From Mobula hypostoma (lineage: Eukaryota), in NCBI RefSeq assembly GCF_963921235.1, contig NC_086108.1, positions 20,212,001-20,276,000 of the forward strand: a DNA stretch of 64,000 bases. The letters are read 5' to 3'. The translations under genes and the position numbers were made by a program. Numbering within the stretch: position 1 is the first letter of the stretch; each line of letters begins with the position of its first letter. The notes under the pieces were generated by a model that saw only the letters and a list, made by a program, of their open reading frames with translations, did no database searches and was not told where the DNA came from. Shown here piece by piece: positions 35,833-48,364 of this stretch.

Positions 35833-38800
35833 CTATACGTTCTCTCCCACCTCCACTGTATACATCAGTGGCCCATCTACGGTGGAAATTGTACCCGGCT
35901 GCCACTTTTTAGTCCAGTAATCACACACAAGAACTGACTGTCCCACACTGAAGCTCCGTGTTGACTTAGCATTCAAGTGTTTGAACTGTCTGTTCTTCAC
36001 ATCACGCCATACATCTGGTTTGAGAAGATCCATGCGGGACCTCAGGTTCCTGTTCAGAAATACCATTGCTGGAGTCTGATTAGTGGTTGCACGTACTGCA
36101 TTATAATAGGCAAGGAGGAAGTTGTCTATCTTGTGTTGCAGTGGTCGATTTTCACTGTCCATTGCCTTGATGGCTTTCTTGAATGTCTGCACAAATCTTT
36201 CTGCCAAGCCACTTGTGGATGGATGGTAAGGGGCAGATGTAAAGTGCTTGACTCCATTGTTCTTCACAAAACTTTGGAATTCTTCAGAGAAAAATTGTCG
36301 TCCATTGTCTGTGCAGATTTGCTCTGGTATGCCATTCCTCCTGAACATGGCCCTCAGAACTGTAATGGTCTTTTCTGATGTGGTTGTCTTCATTTTGATG
36401 ACCTCTGGCCATTTGGAATGTGCATCGACAGCGATTAAAAAGATAGAGTCCATGAATGGTCCAGTAAAGTCGATGCGCACCCGTTGCCATGGTGATGAGG
36501 GCCACTCCATGGATGGAGAGGGGCTTGTGGTGGTGTGTTCTGGATCTTTTGACATCCAGAGCAGTTCTTGGTCAAGTCCTCAATCTGTTTATCGATTCCT
36601 GACCATCACACATAGGCACGGGCAAGACTTTTCATTTTCACAGTACCCAGGTGCCCCTCGTGCTGTTCCTCCAGCACCCTGGTGCATAGCCTGGGAGTGC
36701 ACAACTCGTGAACCACACATTAATGTTCCCCGACACACTGACAACTGCTCCTTCCTCACTGAGAAGGCTGGAAACAGTGCGTTACCACGCGCTGGCCATC
36801 CCTTTACTGTGACATCATACACTTTTGAAAACATAGGGTCATTGCGAGTTTCTCTTTCAATGAGGCTATTTGTCACTGGTAATTGTTCTCAACTATTGTT
36901 GTGTGAAAGACCTCTGCTGAATTCATTTGTGTAGTTATCTCTGAAGGACGCGACATGTTCCCCCACCAGAGGTGCTACCCCTTCCTGACACCCCATACAC
37001 CTCAAGGCGGTTAGTCCACCTTTGGTCCCCACCTGACACTCAGCTCTCACCTGTGGCTCCCCGTAGCTGTTTGCATGTGACAGCGGCCACACCCCGGGCA
37101 ACGGCTTCGACAAGCCGGTTAAACCAGGTGAGGGTAGCCGACGGGTCTCAAACCCTCGGTGAGATAGGGAGTTGTCTGTCCCAGCATGTGAAGACAGACT
37201 CCGGCAGATTGAGCGGACGAGACCAATGGAAGGTCCAACGGTCAAGAAGGTGGTCTCTGCAAGCATTGTGGAACGTGTAAAGCAGGACAAGACACAGAAG
37301 ACGTCCTGGTCATCCACTGCGCCTAGTCCCATCTCCAGCCGTCTAGACTCTGTCTTGCCACTGGATCCAGATGGGAATTGGGAAGAGAGAGTGAGGCTGA
37401 CGCTGCGCAACTCTCCCTCACTTAAATCCAAATCACGCGCTAGTCTCGACACCATCATAATGGTGTTGAGGTCCTCATCGGCGTCAATGTTGGACAAACA
37501 AGCTATCTCTGAAGTCGGCAGTGGTAAACGTGACAAGCCATCTGTGTTGCCATGTTACTTGGTCCCCTTGTGTTCAATGTCATACATGTGACCTCCTAAG
37601 AGACCATCGCTGCAGCCTTTTGTGCTGTCATCACTGGAACACCTTTTCTTGGGTTGAAGATTGACACGAGAGGCTGATGGTCAGTCAACAGGGTAAACTT
37701 TTGACCATACAGGTAGTGACTATATTTCTTGACTCCCCACACGAGGCTTAGGGCTTCTCTGTCAATCTGTGCGTAGTTGCATTCAGCTGAAGTTAGCGTT
37801 CTTGAGGCAAAGGCTATTGGTCTTTCTGAGCCACCTGAAAACTTGTGCGATAACTCAGCTCCTATCCCATGGGGTGAGGCATCACAAGCCAGTCGGATTG
37901 GTAAGGAAGGGTCAAAGTGCGCGAGCACCCCTTCTGAAGTTATGAGTCTTTTAGTTTCTTGAAACGCTCTTTCCCAGCTCTCAGTCCACTTCCATTGTGT
38001 CCCTGTCTGTAATAGTGCATTTAGTGGGTGTGGGACTGTGAATAGATTAGACAAGAACTTGTGGTAATAGTTCACTAGTCCAAGATATGCTCTCAGCTGA
38101 GACACATTTTCAGGTGGTGGTGCCTTAAGCACCACTTCTATCTTGTCTTGAGACATGTGTAAGCCATCCTTGTTGATCACATGCCCACAGTATAAAATTT
38201 CTTTTTTGAAAAACTCAGATTTCTGTCCATTAGCTCTGAGCCCATATTCTTGTAACCTGGTGAGCACTTGTTCAAGGTTAGAAAGATGTTCGTTGTCATC
38301 TTTGCCAGTGACAATGATGTCATCCAGGTAACACTGAGTCCCTGAAATCCCCTGCAGGACCTGGTCCATTGCCCTTTGCCAGACTGCAGGAGCTGATGCT
38401 ATCCCAAACACCAACCTGTTGTACTGGTAAAGTCCTTTGTCTGTATTTATTGTCAGGTATTCCTTGGATGCTTCATTGATTTCCATTTGGAGATAAGCCT
38501 GGGCCAAATTGATCTTTGTGAATCGATTCCCTCCTGACAGGGAAGCAAAGATGTCCTCAATACAAGGTAGGGGACACTGTACTGTGCGGAGAACTGGGTT
38601 AACAGTTACTTTAAAGTCTCCACATATGTGCACCTTGCTTGGTTTTCCTGGTTTTGCGCTGGAGGTTTTCTTCATCACTGGAACAATAGGTGTGGCCCAT
38701 TCACTCCAATCCACCTTTGACAGGACCCCAGTCTGCTCCAGATTTTTCAGCTCTGCCTCTACTGTAGGATGGATTGCATATGGCACTGGTCTGGCTTTGT

Positions 38801-38855
38801 GAAATTTTCCTCAATCTCAATCTTTGCCTTCATGCCCTGAAGTGTTCCTATTCCT
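35833..38855 (-). pseudogene. Gypsy pol (RT, RNase H, integrase), frameshifted and interrupted
   Basis: WATPIVPV, LVFGIASAP, CYLDDIIV, LACDASPHG, TDHQPL (37596-38786); integrase WQRVRIDF...TDNG...SAPYHP...GLAER (35833-36555). Confidence 0.93.
36947..37500 (+). mobile_element. 554-bp non-coding retroposon (RTE-related SINE-like) inserted in Gypsy pol
   Basis: 14-bp TSD ag(t/c)tatctctgaag at 36933-36946 and 37501-37514. Removing the insert restores LSRLPLPTSEITTQMNSAEVFH. Confidence 0.8.
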
Positions 38856-39280
38856 TTTGAAGAAGATGGAGGTGCATAGCCACCAAACCCCGGATTCGGG
38901 ACGACACCCACTGACTGACTGAACACTGAGTAAGACGCTGACTTTCTTTTCATCATTAACACTGTTAGCATCACAATATAACTCCACTCTTTCAATATAA
39001 GTTACCCAGTTTTCAATGCCACTATCAAATGCTGTAACGGTTCCAATCATCGCCATATTTTTAATGTTAATTTAGTCCCGTTTTCCCTTGTTTTCTTTTT
39101 AGCTTGCTCCTTGCAGTCACTGCATGTTCCACTTGACTCAAGTGTCTTTTTTGCTAGCGCAACGAGCGCACTCCATCTAGATGTGAATGTCGCTCCTTTT
39201 CATCTCCCTTCTCTCTCTTCTCCTCCGACTGTTGTTATTAACTAAAACACGGCGTTCTGATAAGATGTAGGTTCATAATT

Positions 39281-39290
39281 CTCGTCGCCA
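39281..39290 (-). promoter_or_regulatory. Primer-binding site, complementary to the tRNA-Ser(GCT) 3' end
   Basis: TGGCGACGAG 3 nt downstream of the 5' LTR. Vertebrate tRNA-Ser(GCT) ends in CTCGTCG-CCA. Confidence 0.8.
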
Positions 39291-39293
39291 ATT

Positions 39294-39490
39294 TGTTGTG
39301 TATGTGGTCTGTTTACACAACTAAGTTATTAATAAAAACGCTAGAGACAGGAACTAAGTTTCATGGTTCTTTACTGGTAGAGTCCAAACTTTGGCATACA
39401 TACAGATCCATACGTGCCTAATAGCGCATGCAACGACGTGTTACTAAAACATAAAGTAGTCCCTTATTATAATGTAGGCTATACAGTACA
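39294..39490 (-). repeat. 5' LTR of the Gypsy element
   Basis: About 20 substitutions and 3 indels versus 35208-35403 by manual alignment (roughly 10% divergence). Confidence 0.93.
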
Positions 39491-39906
39491 GTCTAATAAT
39501 GAAGTTCTTTGGCTTTCTCTTTTCTCGCTTCTAATAAAGAATCATAAACATTCAAAATGAAAATATGCCGACTGATTTATTGTGCACTTTCAGAATACTT
39601 TGCCTTTTAAGTACATTAAATTAATGAAAACAATGCAATAAAATTTAGCATTAAGTTCCTGAACAATAAAAATGACTGCAGGATTGTGTTGTCCATTAGT
39701 AACATTTCTATCACCAGCGCTACAGGAAATCACAGTTACAGTATATTAGTACTTCATTTGCAAAGGTGCTGGAAGAGTCAACATGAACAATGAAATCAGA
39801 ATAACGACAGGATTATTTGAGGAAGTGACAAAGATGCCAGATGAAAGCATTGTATTTGATGTAATCCACATTGATTTTAGCTAGCTTTTTGACATTCCCT
39901 CATGTT

Positions 39907-41843
39907 TTTTTTATATAATTTTTATTGAGTTTTCAAAGTGATACATGAGAAAATAATATCTATCCTCCCCCATCCCCTTAACCCTCCCCCCGATATAAAC
40001 TCCTACCTAAAAAGAAAAAAAGAAAAAAAAACGCCTGAATATTGGAAGGTTTGCACATGCTCCATGAGATAAAAATAAATTTAATATATATTTGTTACTT
40101 TCCCCCAAGGAACCAAGATCTTCACCATCGGAGCTATAAATAAGGGCTCCAAATATTCAAAACTGTTACATATTTATCCTTTAAAATCTAAAACATTACT
40201 TAGCTTCTCAACTCTCATAGTTCCCTGGGGAATCTCTTTGAACTTCACCATGTTGCTATGTGTTTCCCTCCCAACCATCCAGGCAAAAAGAAAAAAAAAG
40301 ATAGATAAGATACAAAAAAAGAAAAAACAAAATACCCCCCCACTAATGTTGCGAATGAAAAGATACACAACACTACCCCCCTCCATTGTGCGGGTCGTGG
40401 CTATTGCCACGCTTGCACACATAAATAACGTAGCGATTGGTCAGTGTTTCTTCCAGCTCCCCTGTAACAAAAAATTATACATATATAGAAAAAAATTAAT
40501 GTTATTATTCCCAGCTAATATTCCTCAAATTTTAACCTTTCTTCCCCTCCCTCATATAATAATATATTTATATATTCATCCGCCTAAAAATTCAACAGGC
40601 CTAATCCTTGATCCAGTCTTCATCTTCAATCCATCTCGCTCCCCTAAGTTTGGTCTTGTATCTGGTGAATATTCAAAGAATCTCTCACAAACTCCTCCGC
40701 TTTCCGGTAATCGTCAAAAAATCTTTTTTCTCCACCAGGCAAAAAAATCTTCAAGGTTGCAGGATAACGCAATATAAATTGATAACCGTGATCCCATAGG
40801 GCTTTTTTCACTGGATTAAACTTCTTCCTTCTTTTCAAAAGTTCATAACTTACATCACGGTAGAAAAAAAATTTCTTCCCTTCTATCATCAGTGGCCCTT
40901 TTCTTTTCTTGGCAGCTTGGGCAGCCACCTGTAGAATCCTTTCTTTGTCTTGAAATTTTAAGAATTTTATTAAAATTGATCGTGGATATTGGTCATCTTG
41001 TGGTTTTGGTCTTAGAGCTCTATGTACCATCTTTGAAAAAATTCTATTGGATTATCTCCCTCTATACCTTCTTTAAGACCAACAATTTTAATGTTATTAC
41101 GTCTACTAAAATTTTCCAACACGTCCACTTTCTCCAAGAGTCGATTTCTTTCCGTGTTCCAGACAAGCACATTACTTTCTGTTTTTTCCACTCTATCGTT
41201 AATATGCTCCATTGTTCTTTCCATCTTCTGAAGTTTCTTATCCATTTTATCCTGTCTTTTCATAGCTTTATCATAGCACATCTTCGTGTCTCTAAGCTCT
41301 GTTCTTAATTTTCTTAGTTCAGCCGTTAATTGCAATAAAGCCTCTCTTGTCTCCGTCGTCTCCTTTACTTCCAGTCTCTTCCAGTTCTTCCTCCTCTTCT
41401 TCATCTGTATTCTCTGCGATATCCAATTCTGACTCTGAGTCACTTTCAGTTGCAGTGGCTGTCGGTTCTTGTAGTCTAAATTGTGTCGATTTGCGCATGC
41501 GCAATTCCGGCATCTTCTTCCGAGAGACCGCTACCACCGCCATTGCTCCCTGTTCTTCTATGCCAGAGATAAAATGTGTCTCCTCCGAAGGAAATCCAAC
41601 CTGAATGCGAGGCTCCATCGCAGCAGTAGGCCCTTTTTTCTTCCCATCTCGCGGCGACTTCACAACAACAGACTTCTTCTGTTGCGGTTTACGAGGCATA
41701 TCGTAGAGTAGTCTTACGAAGTTTATGAGTAGTTTTCGGAAAGTATTTATTAACTTTACTTTGTTTAAATGGTACTTTGCTGATTTTTTTACGGGAGAGC
41801 TGGATTTACACGTCTCAATCCCACGTCATCACGTGATGCCCCC
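39907..41843 (-). mobile_element. ORF1-only L1 derivative (HAL1-like non-autonomous LINE), full length, 1.94 kb
   Basis: 11-bp TSD tccctcatgtt (39896-39906, 41844-41854), 5' end GGGGGCATCACGTGATG, L1 ORF1, no endonuclease or RT, L1 3'UTR, AATAAA and poly(A). Confidence 0.9.
40644..41699 (-). pseudogene. L1-type ORF1p (coiled coil, RRM, C-terminal domain), two frameshifts
   Basis: ORFs 41319-41699, 41012-41443 (LENFSRRNNIKIVGLKEG) and 40644-41030 (HRALRPKP...PRSILIKFLKFQDKERIL...LRYPATL). Confidence 0.9.
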
Positions 41844-42417
41844 TCCCTCATGTTGATTTGTGTTTTGTGAATAGCCTGAATGCACACAGCAATCCAGGAA
41901 CAGCTTCTTCCCCTATGCCAAATGATTTTTGAATGGACATTGAACCCATGAACACTACCTCGCTACTTTTTATTTTTATACTAATTATTTAATTTAAAAA
42001 ATATATACTGTTTAGATATTTACTGTAATTCATGTTTTTCTATAATAATGCATTGCATTGTACTGCTACAGCAAAGACAACAAATTTCACGACATATGCC
42101 AGTGATATTAAATCTGATTCTGATTAACAATGGGATGACACAAGATTCAATACTCATTACTTTTAAGAGTCATACAGCACAGTAATATGTCATTTTGCCT
42201 GTCACATCCATGCCAACCAGTGGGCACCCATCTATATTATTTGTCTTTCCAGCACCAGGCTGTAGCCTTCTCTGCTTAGATAATTAAGGTGGTTATCTAG
42301 ATATTTCTTGAATGCTGCCAACATCTCTGCTTCCACCACACTCTCTGGCAGTGCATTCCAGGTACTTGGCACTCTCTGGAAGAAAATGATCCCCCTCGGA
42401 CCCCTCTAAATCTTCCT

Positions 42418-43298
42418 ACAAGTGTTAGTAAGACCAAAGAGCTGATTATTGACTTCAGGAGAAAGAAACTGGAGGCCCATGAGCCAATTCGCACCGGGGG
42501 AATCAGAGGTGGAGAGGGGCAGCAACTTTAAATTTCTCGGCGTTATCATTTCAGAGGCTTTGTCCTGGATCCAGCACAAGTACAATTCTGAAGAAAGCAC
42601 AGCAGCGCCTCTACTTCTTTAAAGGTTTACGAAGATTTGGCTTCACATCTAAAACTTCGACAAACTTCTATAGATATATGATGGAGAGTATATTCACTGG
42701 TTGCATCACAGCCTGGTACAGAAACACCAATGCCTTTGATCAAAAAAGCCTATGAAAGTGGCAGATAGGCCCAGTTCATCATGGCTAAAGCCCTGTCTAC
42801 CATCAAGTACATCCATACAGAACGCTGTTGCAGGAAAGTAGCATCCATCATCAAGGACCCTCACCATCCAGGTTCTGCTCTCTTCTTGCTGCTGCCATGA
42901 GGAAGAAGATACAAGAGCCTCAGGACCTACAGCACCAGGTTCAGGAACAGTTATAACCCTTCAGCCATCATGCTCTTGAACCAGAGGGGATAATCTCATT
43001 CTCCCCATCACTGAACTGTTCCCATAACCTATGGACTCACTTTTAAGGACTCTTCAACTCATGTCCTCCATATTTATTGCTTGTTTGTTTGTTTGTTTAT
43101 TTATTTATTTATTTATTTTCTTTTTGCATTTGCACATTTTGTTGTCTTTCACATATTGGTTGTCCTGCTGGGAGCAGTCTTTCATTGATCCTATTGTGCT
43201 TCTTGTATTTACTGTGAATGTCTGCAAGAAAATGAGACTCACAGTTGTATATGGTGACATATATGCACTTTGCTAATATATTTACTTTAAACTTTGGA
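42418..43298 (+). mobile_element. Rex1/Babar-type LINE 3' fragment
   Basis: VSKTKELIIDFR...FKFLGVIISE...KAQQRLYF. Contains a (TTTG)n(TTTA)n tract at 43080-43118. A related tail lies at 41890-42125. Confidence 0.75.
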
Positions 43299-44825
43299 AT
43301 ATTATATCCTTTGTAATTTTATATATCTCTAGCATGACGCCTCTTAACCTCCTCCACTCCAGATCTAGCCTCTCCAGTCTCATATTAATATAGTAATGGA
43401 ATATGAGTGTCTGGAAGAATTCAAATGCCACAATATAGAAATGAAATACTCTATCCCAGGAAATACTATATAATGACGAATTTCCTCTGTACCCTCTCCA
43501 GTACTACCACATCTTTTCTGGATTGTGGTAAATAAATAAGCAATAGTGAGGTACATTAGTATTTCTAAAGCGTATGAGGCCACATTTTTCAGAATTAAAC
43601 TCCTCCCACTTCACCAACCCAGAGTCTCAAAATCTGCACCAATCTTTGCATCACATGCAAACTTACTGAACATGCCTCCTACATCCACAATATACAATAT
43701 TTTACAAAGAGCAAGGGTCCCAGCACCAGTCCCTGTGGAACACCACTGGTCACAGGCATCCATTCATAAAAAAAACAAATTTCTACCTTCTCTCTCTGCA
43801 TCCTATTGCCAATATTGGCTCCAATCTTAGTGTTATATTATAATGGAAGCTTAAATGCAGAATGCACAATAATGAAATTTTGTAAAGAATACCAAAACTG
43901 TTAATGTCGTTCACGGTGAACAGGAAAGTTTGAGACTTCAAGAAAATATGGATGGGTGGATTAGTTGGGCAATAAAAAAAGGGAAAGTAGAACTTAATCC
44001 ACAGAAATATGAGAAACTACTTTTTATGAGACGCAATGATAAATAAGGGATCTGGAGGATCAGTGACTTGATGGCACATCTCCAAAGAATCTTATAGCTA
44101 GCAGGACAGTTAGATATGGTGACTAAAAAAGCACATGGGATAGTCTTTCTTAGCTATGGTATAGATTGCAAGAGTAGAAAGGTTCTTCTAGAATGTATAT
44201 AATATTTATAAATCACAGTTTGAGTACAGCATAAAGTTCTGGTCACATGTGATTCTACTGAAGGAAATAGAAGGAGATTTACAAGAAGTTGTCAGGTCTG
44301 GAGTATTTTATGAGGACAGGTCAGATAAAACAGGATGGTTCTTTGGTAGAGGAAGAGTGAGGATTTAATTCAGCTATATAAAATTTTGAGAAGCCACGAA
44401 TGAGTTAATGGGAGGAGGATATTTCATGTAACAGATGGGTCAAAGACCAGGGCACATACCTATATGTTACCTACATAGCTGATAAAAGGTCAAACTAAAA
44501 ACAACATGCAAAACTATGTATGTCTGGCTGCAATTAAAAATAAAATCAATTTAAACATTTTAAGAACACGAATATTGATCTCAACTGAATGCAAACGCTT
44601 AAATAAACTCATGTACCATCCGTTGCTCCAAAATCAAATAAAGTTTAATTATCATTCAAACCATACATAGATACAGCTGAACGAGACAGCATTCCGCTGG
44701 AGGCAAGGTGAAAAACATTCACAATAGTAAACAAACATTCAAAAATAGCGAGTAACATAATTCAAAATATCAAGAAGCACATTCACTTGAAAAAAATATA
44801 TAGTTCAAAACTTGCAGTACAGTAC

Positions 44826-44912
44826 CGATCCAGATGAAAAGCAGATATTTCAGCATTGTGTCTGTCATAACCAGCGTATGGTTCCCCTTCCACCACATAA
44901 GACCTGCTGTAC
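44826..44912 (-). CDS. FAM20B: FAM20B coding exon 2 of 4 in window (87 nt)
   Basis: Translates (R)[28 protein letters not shown](R). Acceptor tttattttag|, donor |gtactg. Confidence 0.97.
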
Positions 44913-45119
44913 CTAAAATAAAGCACAATTAATAAAAATACATTTAAAATAATATACCATGAATAATAGCAATTAGCTATTTTAAAAGGCATCTTTTAAA
45001 CAAAAAGTTAAGATTATTCTCCTGTGAGATCAAAATTTTCATCGTGTTATCAAGCAAATAAAAACATCTTGTTGAAACTGCTTTTACATGGAAGTAGTCA
45101 ATGATAGTGGTAGTAGTGC

Positions 45120-45640
45120 AACCACTTCAGTCAAGTATGATGTCCTCCTAAGAGCCTGTCTAGTGGTGGGTCCTCAGGTGGCTGTAGAGGCTAATCTGGG
45201 ATCTAATATTGCAGTGTGGGCACAAGTAAGTGGTGGCTGTTATTCATGTTTGGGTCTTTTGCTTGTTCAGTCTCTCCTTTTGGGGCTGCCATACATGAGA
45301 TCGCTCTCATACAGCTCCCTCTTGGACAGATTTCTTCCAAGTGTACCTTCTTCCCCTCTGCCATCGGATTTCTAAATAGACACACTTAATGTAACTCAGA
45401 TTTTTTTCTCTTTATTTATTTATCTATCATGTATTTCAAAATACTGCTGTAAAGTTAACAAATTTCACGATATATGCCAGTGATATTAAATCTGATTCTA
45501 TTGACTGCAATGCTCTCTCAGTTTTTGGATGTAACGTTGAATTTCTTCACGCTGATTTTGAGGTAATCTTTGAAGTGTTTCCTCTGTCTAGCAGGGGCTT
45601 GCTGACCTTCCTTCATCTATGAGTAAAGGATCTGTTTGGA
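45120..45640 (-). mobile_element. Old RTE-type LINE 3' fragments split by a Rex1 tail
   Basis: Minus 45510-45640 reads ...KEGQQAPARQRKHFKDYLKISVKKFNV..., resembling an RTE C-terminus. Confidence 0.45.
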
Positions 45641-46435
45641 AGCACGACAATCATACCAGAGCCCAAGAAGAACTAGGTGAGCTGCCTTAACACCTATCAC
45701 CCAGTGGCACTCACATCTACTAGCAAAACACATCTATTGGCAAACGCGGCTGATAAATAACTGAACAGTCGGGCCCCGAAGCATCGACTGTGTGTTTATT
45801 TCCATGGATGCTCCCCAACTTGTTGAGTTCTTCCAGCATTTTGTGTGTGTTGCTTTGAATTTCCAGCATCTGCAGAATTTCTTGTGTTTATTATAAAAAG
45901 TCCAAAAGGTGTCACAACTGCTTTAAAATGCAAAATTCCAAGCCAGGTTAAATAACATGATGTGATAACATCCATATTCTAAGATTGACGAATGCCACTG
46001 TTGACTATTCATTAGAGGAAGGAGGACAGAGCATAATAAGAAGAATACAAAGGCATTATAGAGGGTACACAAGAAATTTGAAAAAACAGTCTGTGGGATG
46101 AAGAACTACATGTCCAAGAACATGGTGGATGGGCTGGGACAATTTTCGTTGTAGATAGCTGAAGAGAAATCCAACAGAAGGATATAAAGTGGAGGGGTTT
46201 GGACAGAGTGAATAGTGGTCACAGATACAACATAAATGTAAAGAGAATCTAGAATGCAGTCTGCAGATAAGGTGGAGGCAGATTCCACTGTGGTTTCCAG
46301 GAGAGAACTGGAAGAACATTTATAGCAAAGGGTTGGGGGGTGTGGGTGTGGAGCAAGTGAGCTTCTTTGGTTCGGCTTTAGCACAGATAGGATCAGCTGA
46401 TGGCTTTCTTTTGTTCTACAGCGTTTCCACATTTA

Positions 46436-48018
46436 CAGTGGCATGTAAAAGTTTGGGCACCCCAGTCAAAATTTCTGTTACTGTGAATAGCTAAGCAGGT
46501 AAAAGATGACCTGATTTCCAAAAGACATAAAGTTAAAGATGACACATTTCTTTACTATTTCAAGCAAGATTACTCTTTTATTTCCACCTTTTACAGTTTC
46601 AAAATAACAAAAAAGGAAAAGGGCCCGAAGCAAAAGTTTGGGCACCCTGCATGGTCAGTACTTAGTAAAAGCCCCTTTGGCAAGTATCACAGCTTGTAAG
46701 CGCTTTCTGTAGCCAGCTAAGAGTCTTTCAATTCTTGTTTGTGGGATTTTCGCCCTTTCTTCCTTGCAAAAGGCCTTCTAGTTCTGTGAGATTCTTGGGC
46801 CGTCTTGCATGCACTGCTCTTTTGAGGTCTATCTACAGATTTTCGATGATGTTTAGGTCGGGGAACTATGAGGGCCATGGCAAAACCTTCAGCCTGTGCC
46901 TCTTGAGGTAGTCCATTGTGGATTTTGAGGTGTGTTTGGATCATTATCCTGTTGTAGAAGCCATCCTCTTTTCATCTTCAGCTTTTCTACAGACGGTGTG
47001 ATGTTTGCTTCCAGAATTTGCTGGTATTTAATTAAATTCATTCTTCCCTCTACCAGTGAAATGTTCCCCGTGCCACTGGCTGCAACAGAAGCCAAAGCAT
47101 GATCAATCCACCCCTGTGCTTAACAATTGGAGAGGTGTTTTTTTCATGAAATTCTGCACCCTTTTTTCTCAAAGCATACCATTGCTCATTGAGGCCAAAA
47201 AGTTCTATTTTAACTTCATCAGTCCACAGGACTTGTTTCCAAAATGCATCAGGCTTGTTTAGATGTTCCTTTGCAAACTTCTGATGCTGAATTTTGTGGT
47301 GAGGACGCAGGAAAGGTTTTCTTCTGATGACTCTTCCATGAAGGTCATATTTGTGCAGGTGTCGCTGCACAGTAGAATAGTGCACCACCACGTCAAACAG
47401 GGGTTTTGATTTGCCTTTCTAGCAATCCTACGAGCAGTTCTCTCGGAAAGTTTTCTTGATCTTCCAGACCTCAACTTGACTTCCCCCGTTCCTGTTAACT
47501 GTCATTTCTTAATTACATTACGAACTGAGGAAACGGCTACCTGAAAGCGCTTTGCTATCTTCTTATAGCTTTCTCCTGCTTTGCGGGCATCATTTATTTT
47601 AATTTTCAGAGTGCTAGGCAGCTGCTTAGAGGAGCCCATAGCTGCTGATTGTTGGGACAAGGTTTGAGGAGTCAAAGTATTTATAAAGCTTTGAAATTTG
47701 CATCACCTGGCCTTTCCTAACGATGACTGTGAACAAGCCATAGCCCTAACAAGCTAATTAAGGTCTGAGACCTTGGTAAAAGTTATGAGAGCTCAAATCT
47801 CTTGAGGTGCCCAAACTTTTGCATAGTGCTCTTTTCCTTTTTTTCACTCTAAAAAATTGTACAAAACAAAAATAATACAGTAATTTTGCTTGAAATGTTG
47901 AAGAAGATGTTTCATCTTTAACTTCATGACTTTTGGAGATCAGTTCATCTTCTACTCACTTAACTATTCACAGTAACAGAAATTTTGACCGGGGTGCCCA
48001 AACTTTTGCATGCCACTG
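46436..48018 (-). mobile_element. Complete Tc1-family transposon of IR/DR type (1583 bp)
   Basis: TIRs cagtggcatgtaaaagtttgggcacccc / ggggtgcccaaacttttgcatgccactg, TA on both sides, inner direct repeats at 46631-46648 and 47806-47823. Confidence 0.96.
46655..47639 (-). pseudogene. Tc1 transposase with stop, deletion and frameshifts
   Basis: MGSSKQL...SYKKIAKRF...SGRSRKL, VLWTDEVKIELFG, LLQQDND, C-terminus KGAFTKY*. Confidence 0.9.
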
Positions 48019-48364
48019 TATATGATTCTGTCTTTCACAGGAAGGCCTACTTCTGTTCCTATTTTCTTGAATTCTTGTGAAACATTCTTAATTGTGTCTT
48101 AACTTATTGCAACTGTGCTTAGTGAATTACATTAGCTCCTGGTTACGCTACACAATTTTCAAATCCCTGCACGATCCTTCTCTTCTATTTTTCCTGTAAT
48201 CATCTCTTAGCCCTTGACATAACTAGTTTTTATCTAGTTCTGATCTTTGACTTACCTGAAATCTGCTTTTGGCTGCCAATCTGACAGCTGTTAAAGTCCT
48301 GAGATAGCTAAACTTTTTCATCTCTGAAATTCCCTCAGTAAAATTATTCACTTTTCTTTGACTT

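Larger units (their letters stand above)
35208..39490 (-). mobile_element. Gypsy/Ty3 LTR retrotransposon with both LTRs, internally deleted
   Basis: LTRs at 35208-35403 and 39294-39490, 5-bp TSD gtcta, primer-binding site, polypurine tract, gag N-terminus, and RT-RNaseH-integrase order. Confidence 0.96.

Noticed and set aside
36248..36934. 228-aa plus-strand ORF
   Set aside because: Antisense shadow of the Gypsy integrase.
36889..37536. 215-aa minus-strand ORF, plus ORFs 36972-37280 and 37172-37591
   Set aside because: Chance read-through from Gypsy pol into a TSD-bounded GC-rich insertion; no domain signature.
40238..40777. 179-aa plus-strand ORF
   Set aside because: Antisense to the low-complexity inter-ORF spacer of the L1 derivative.
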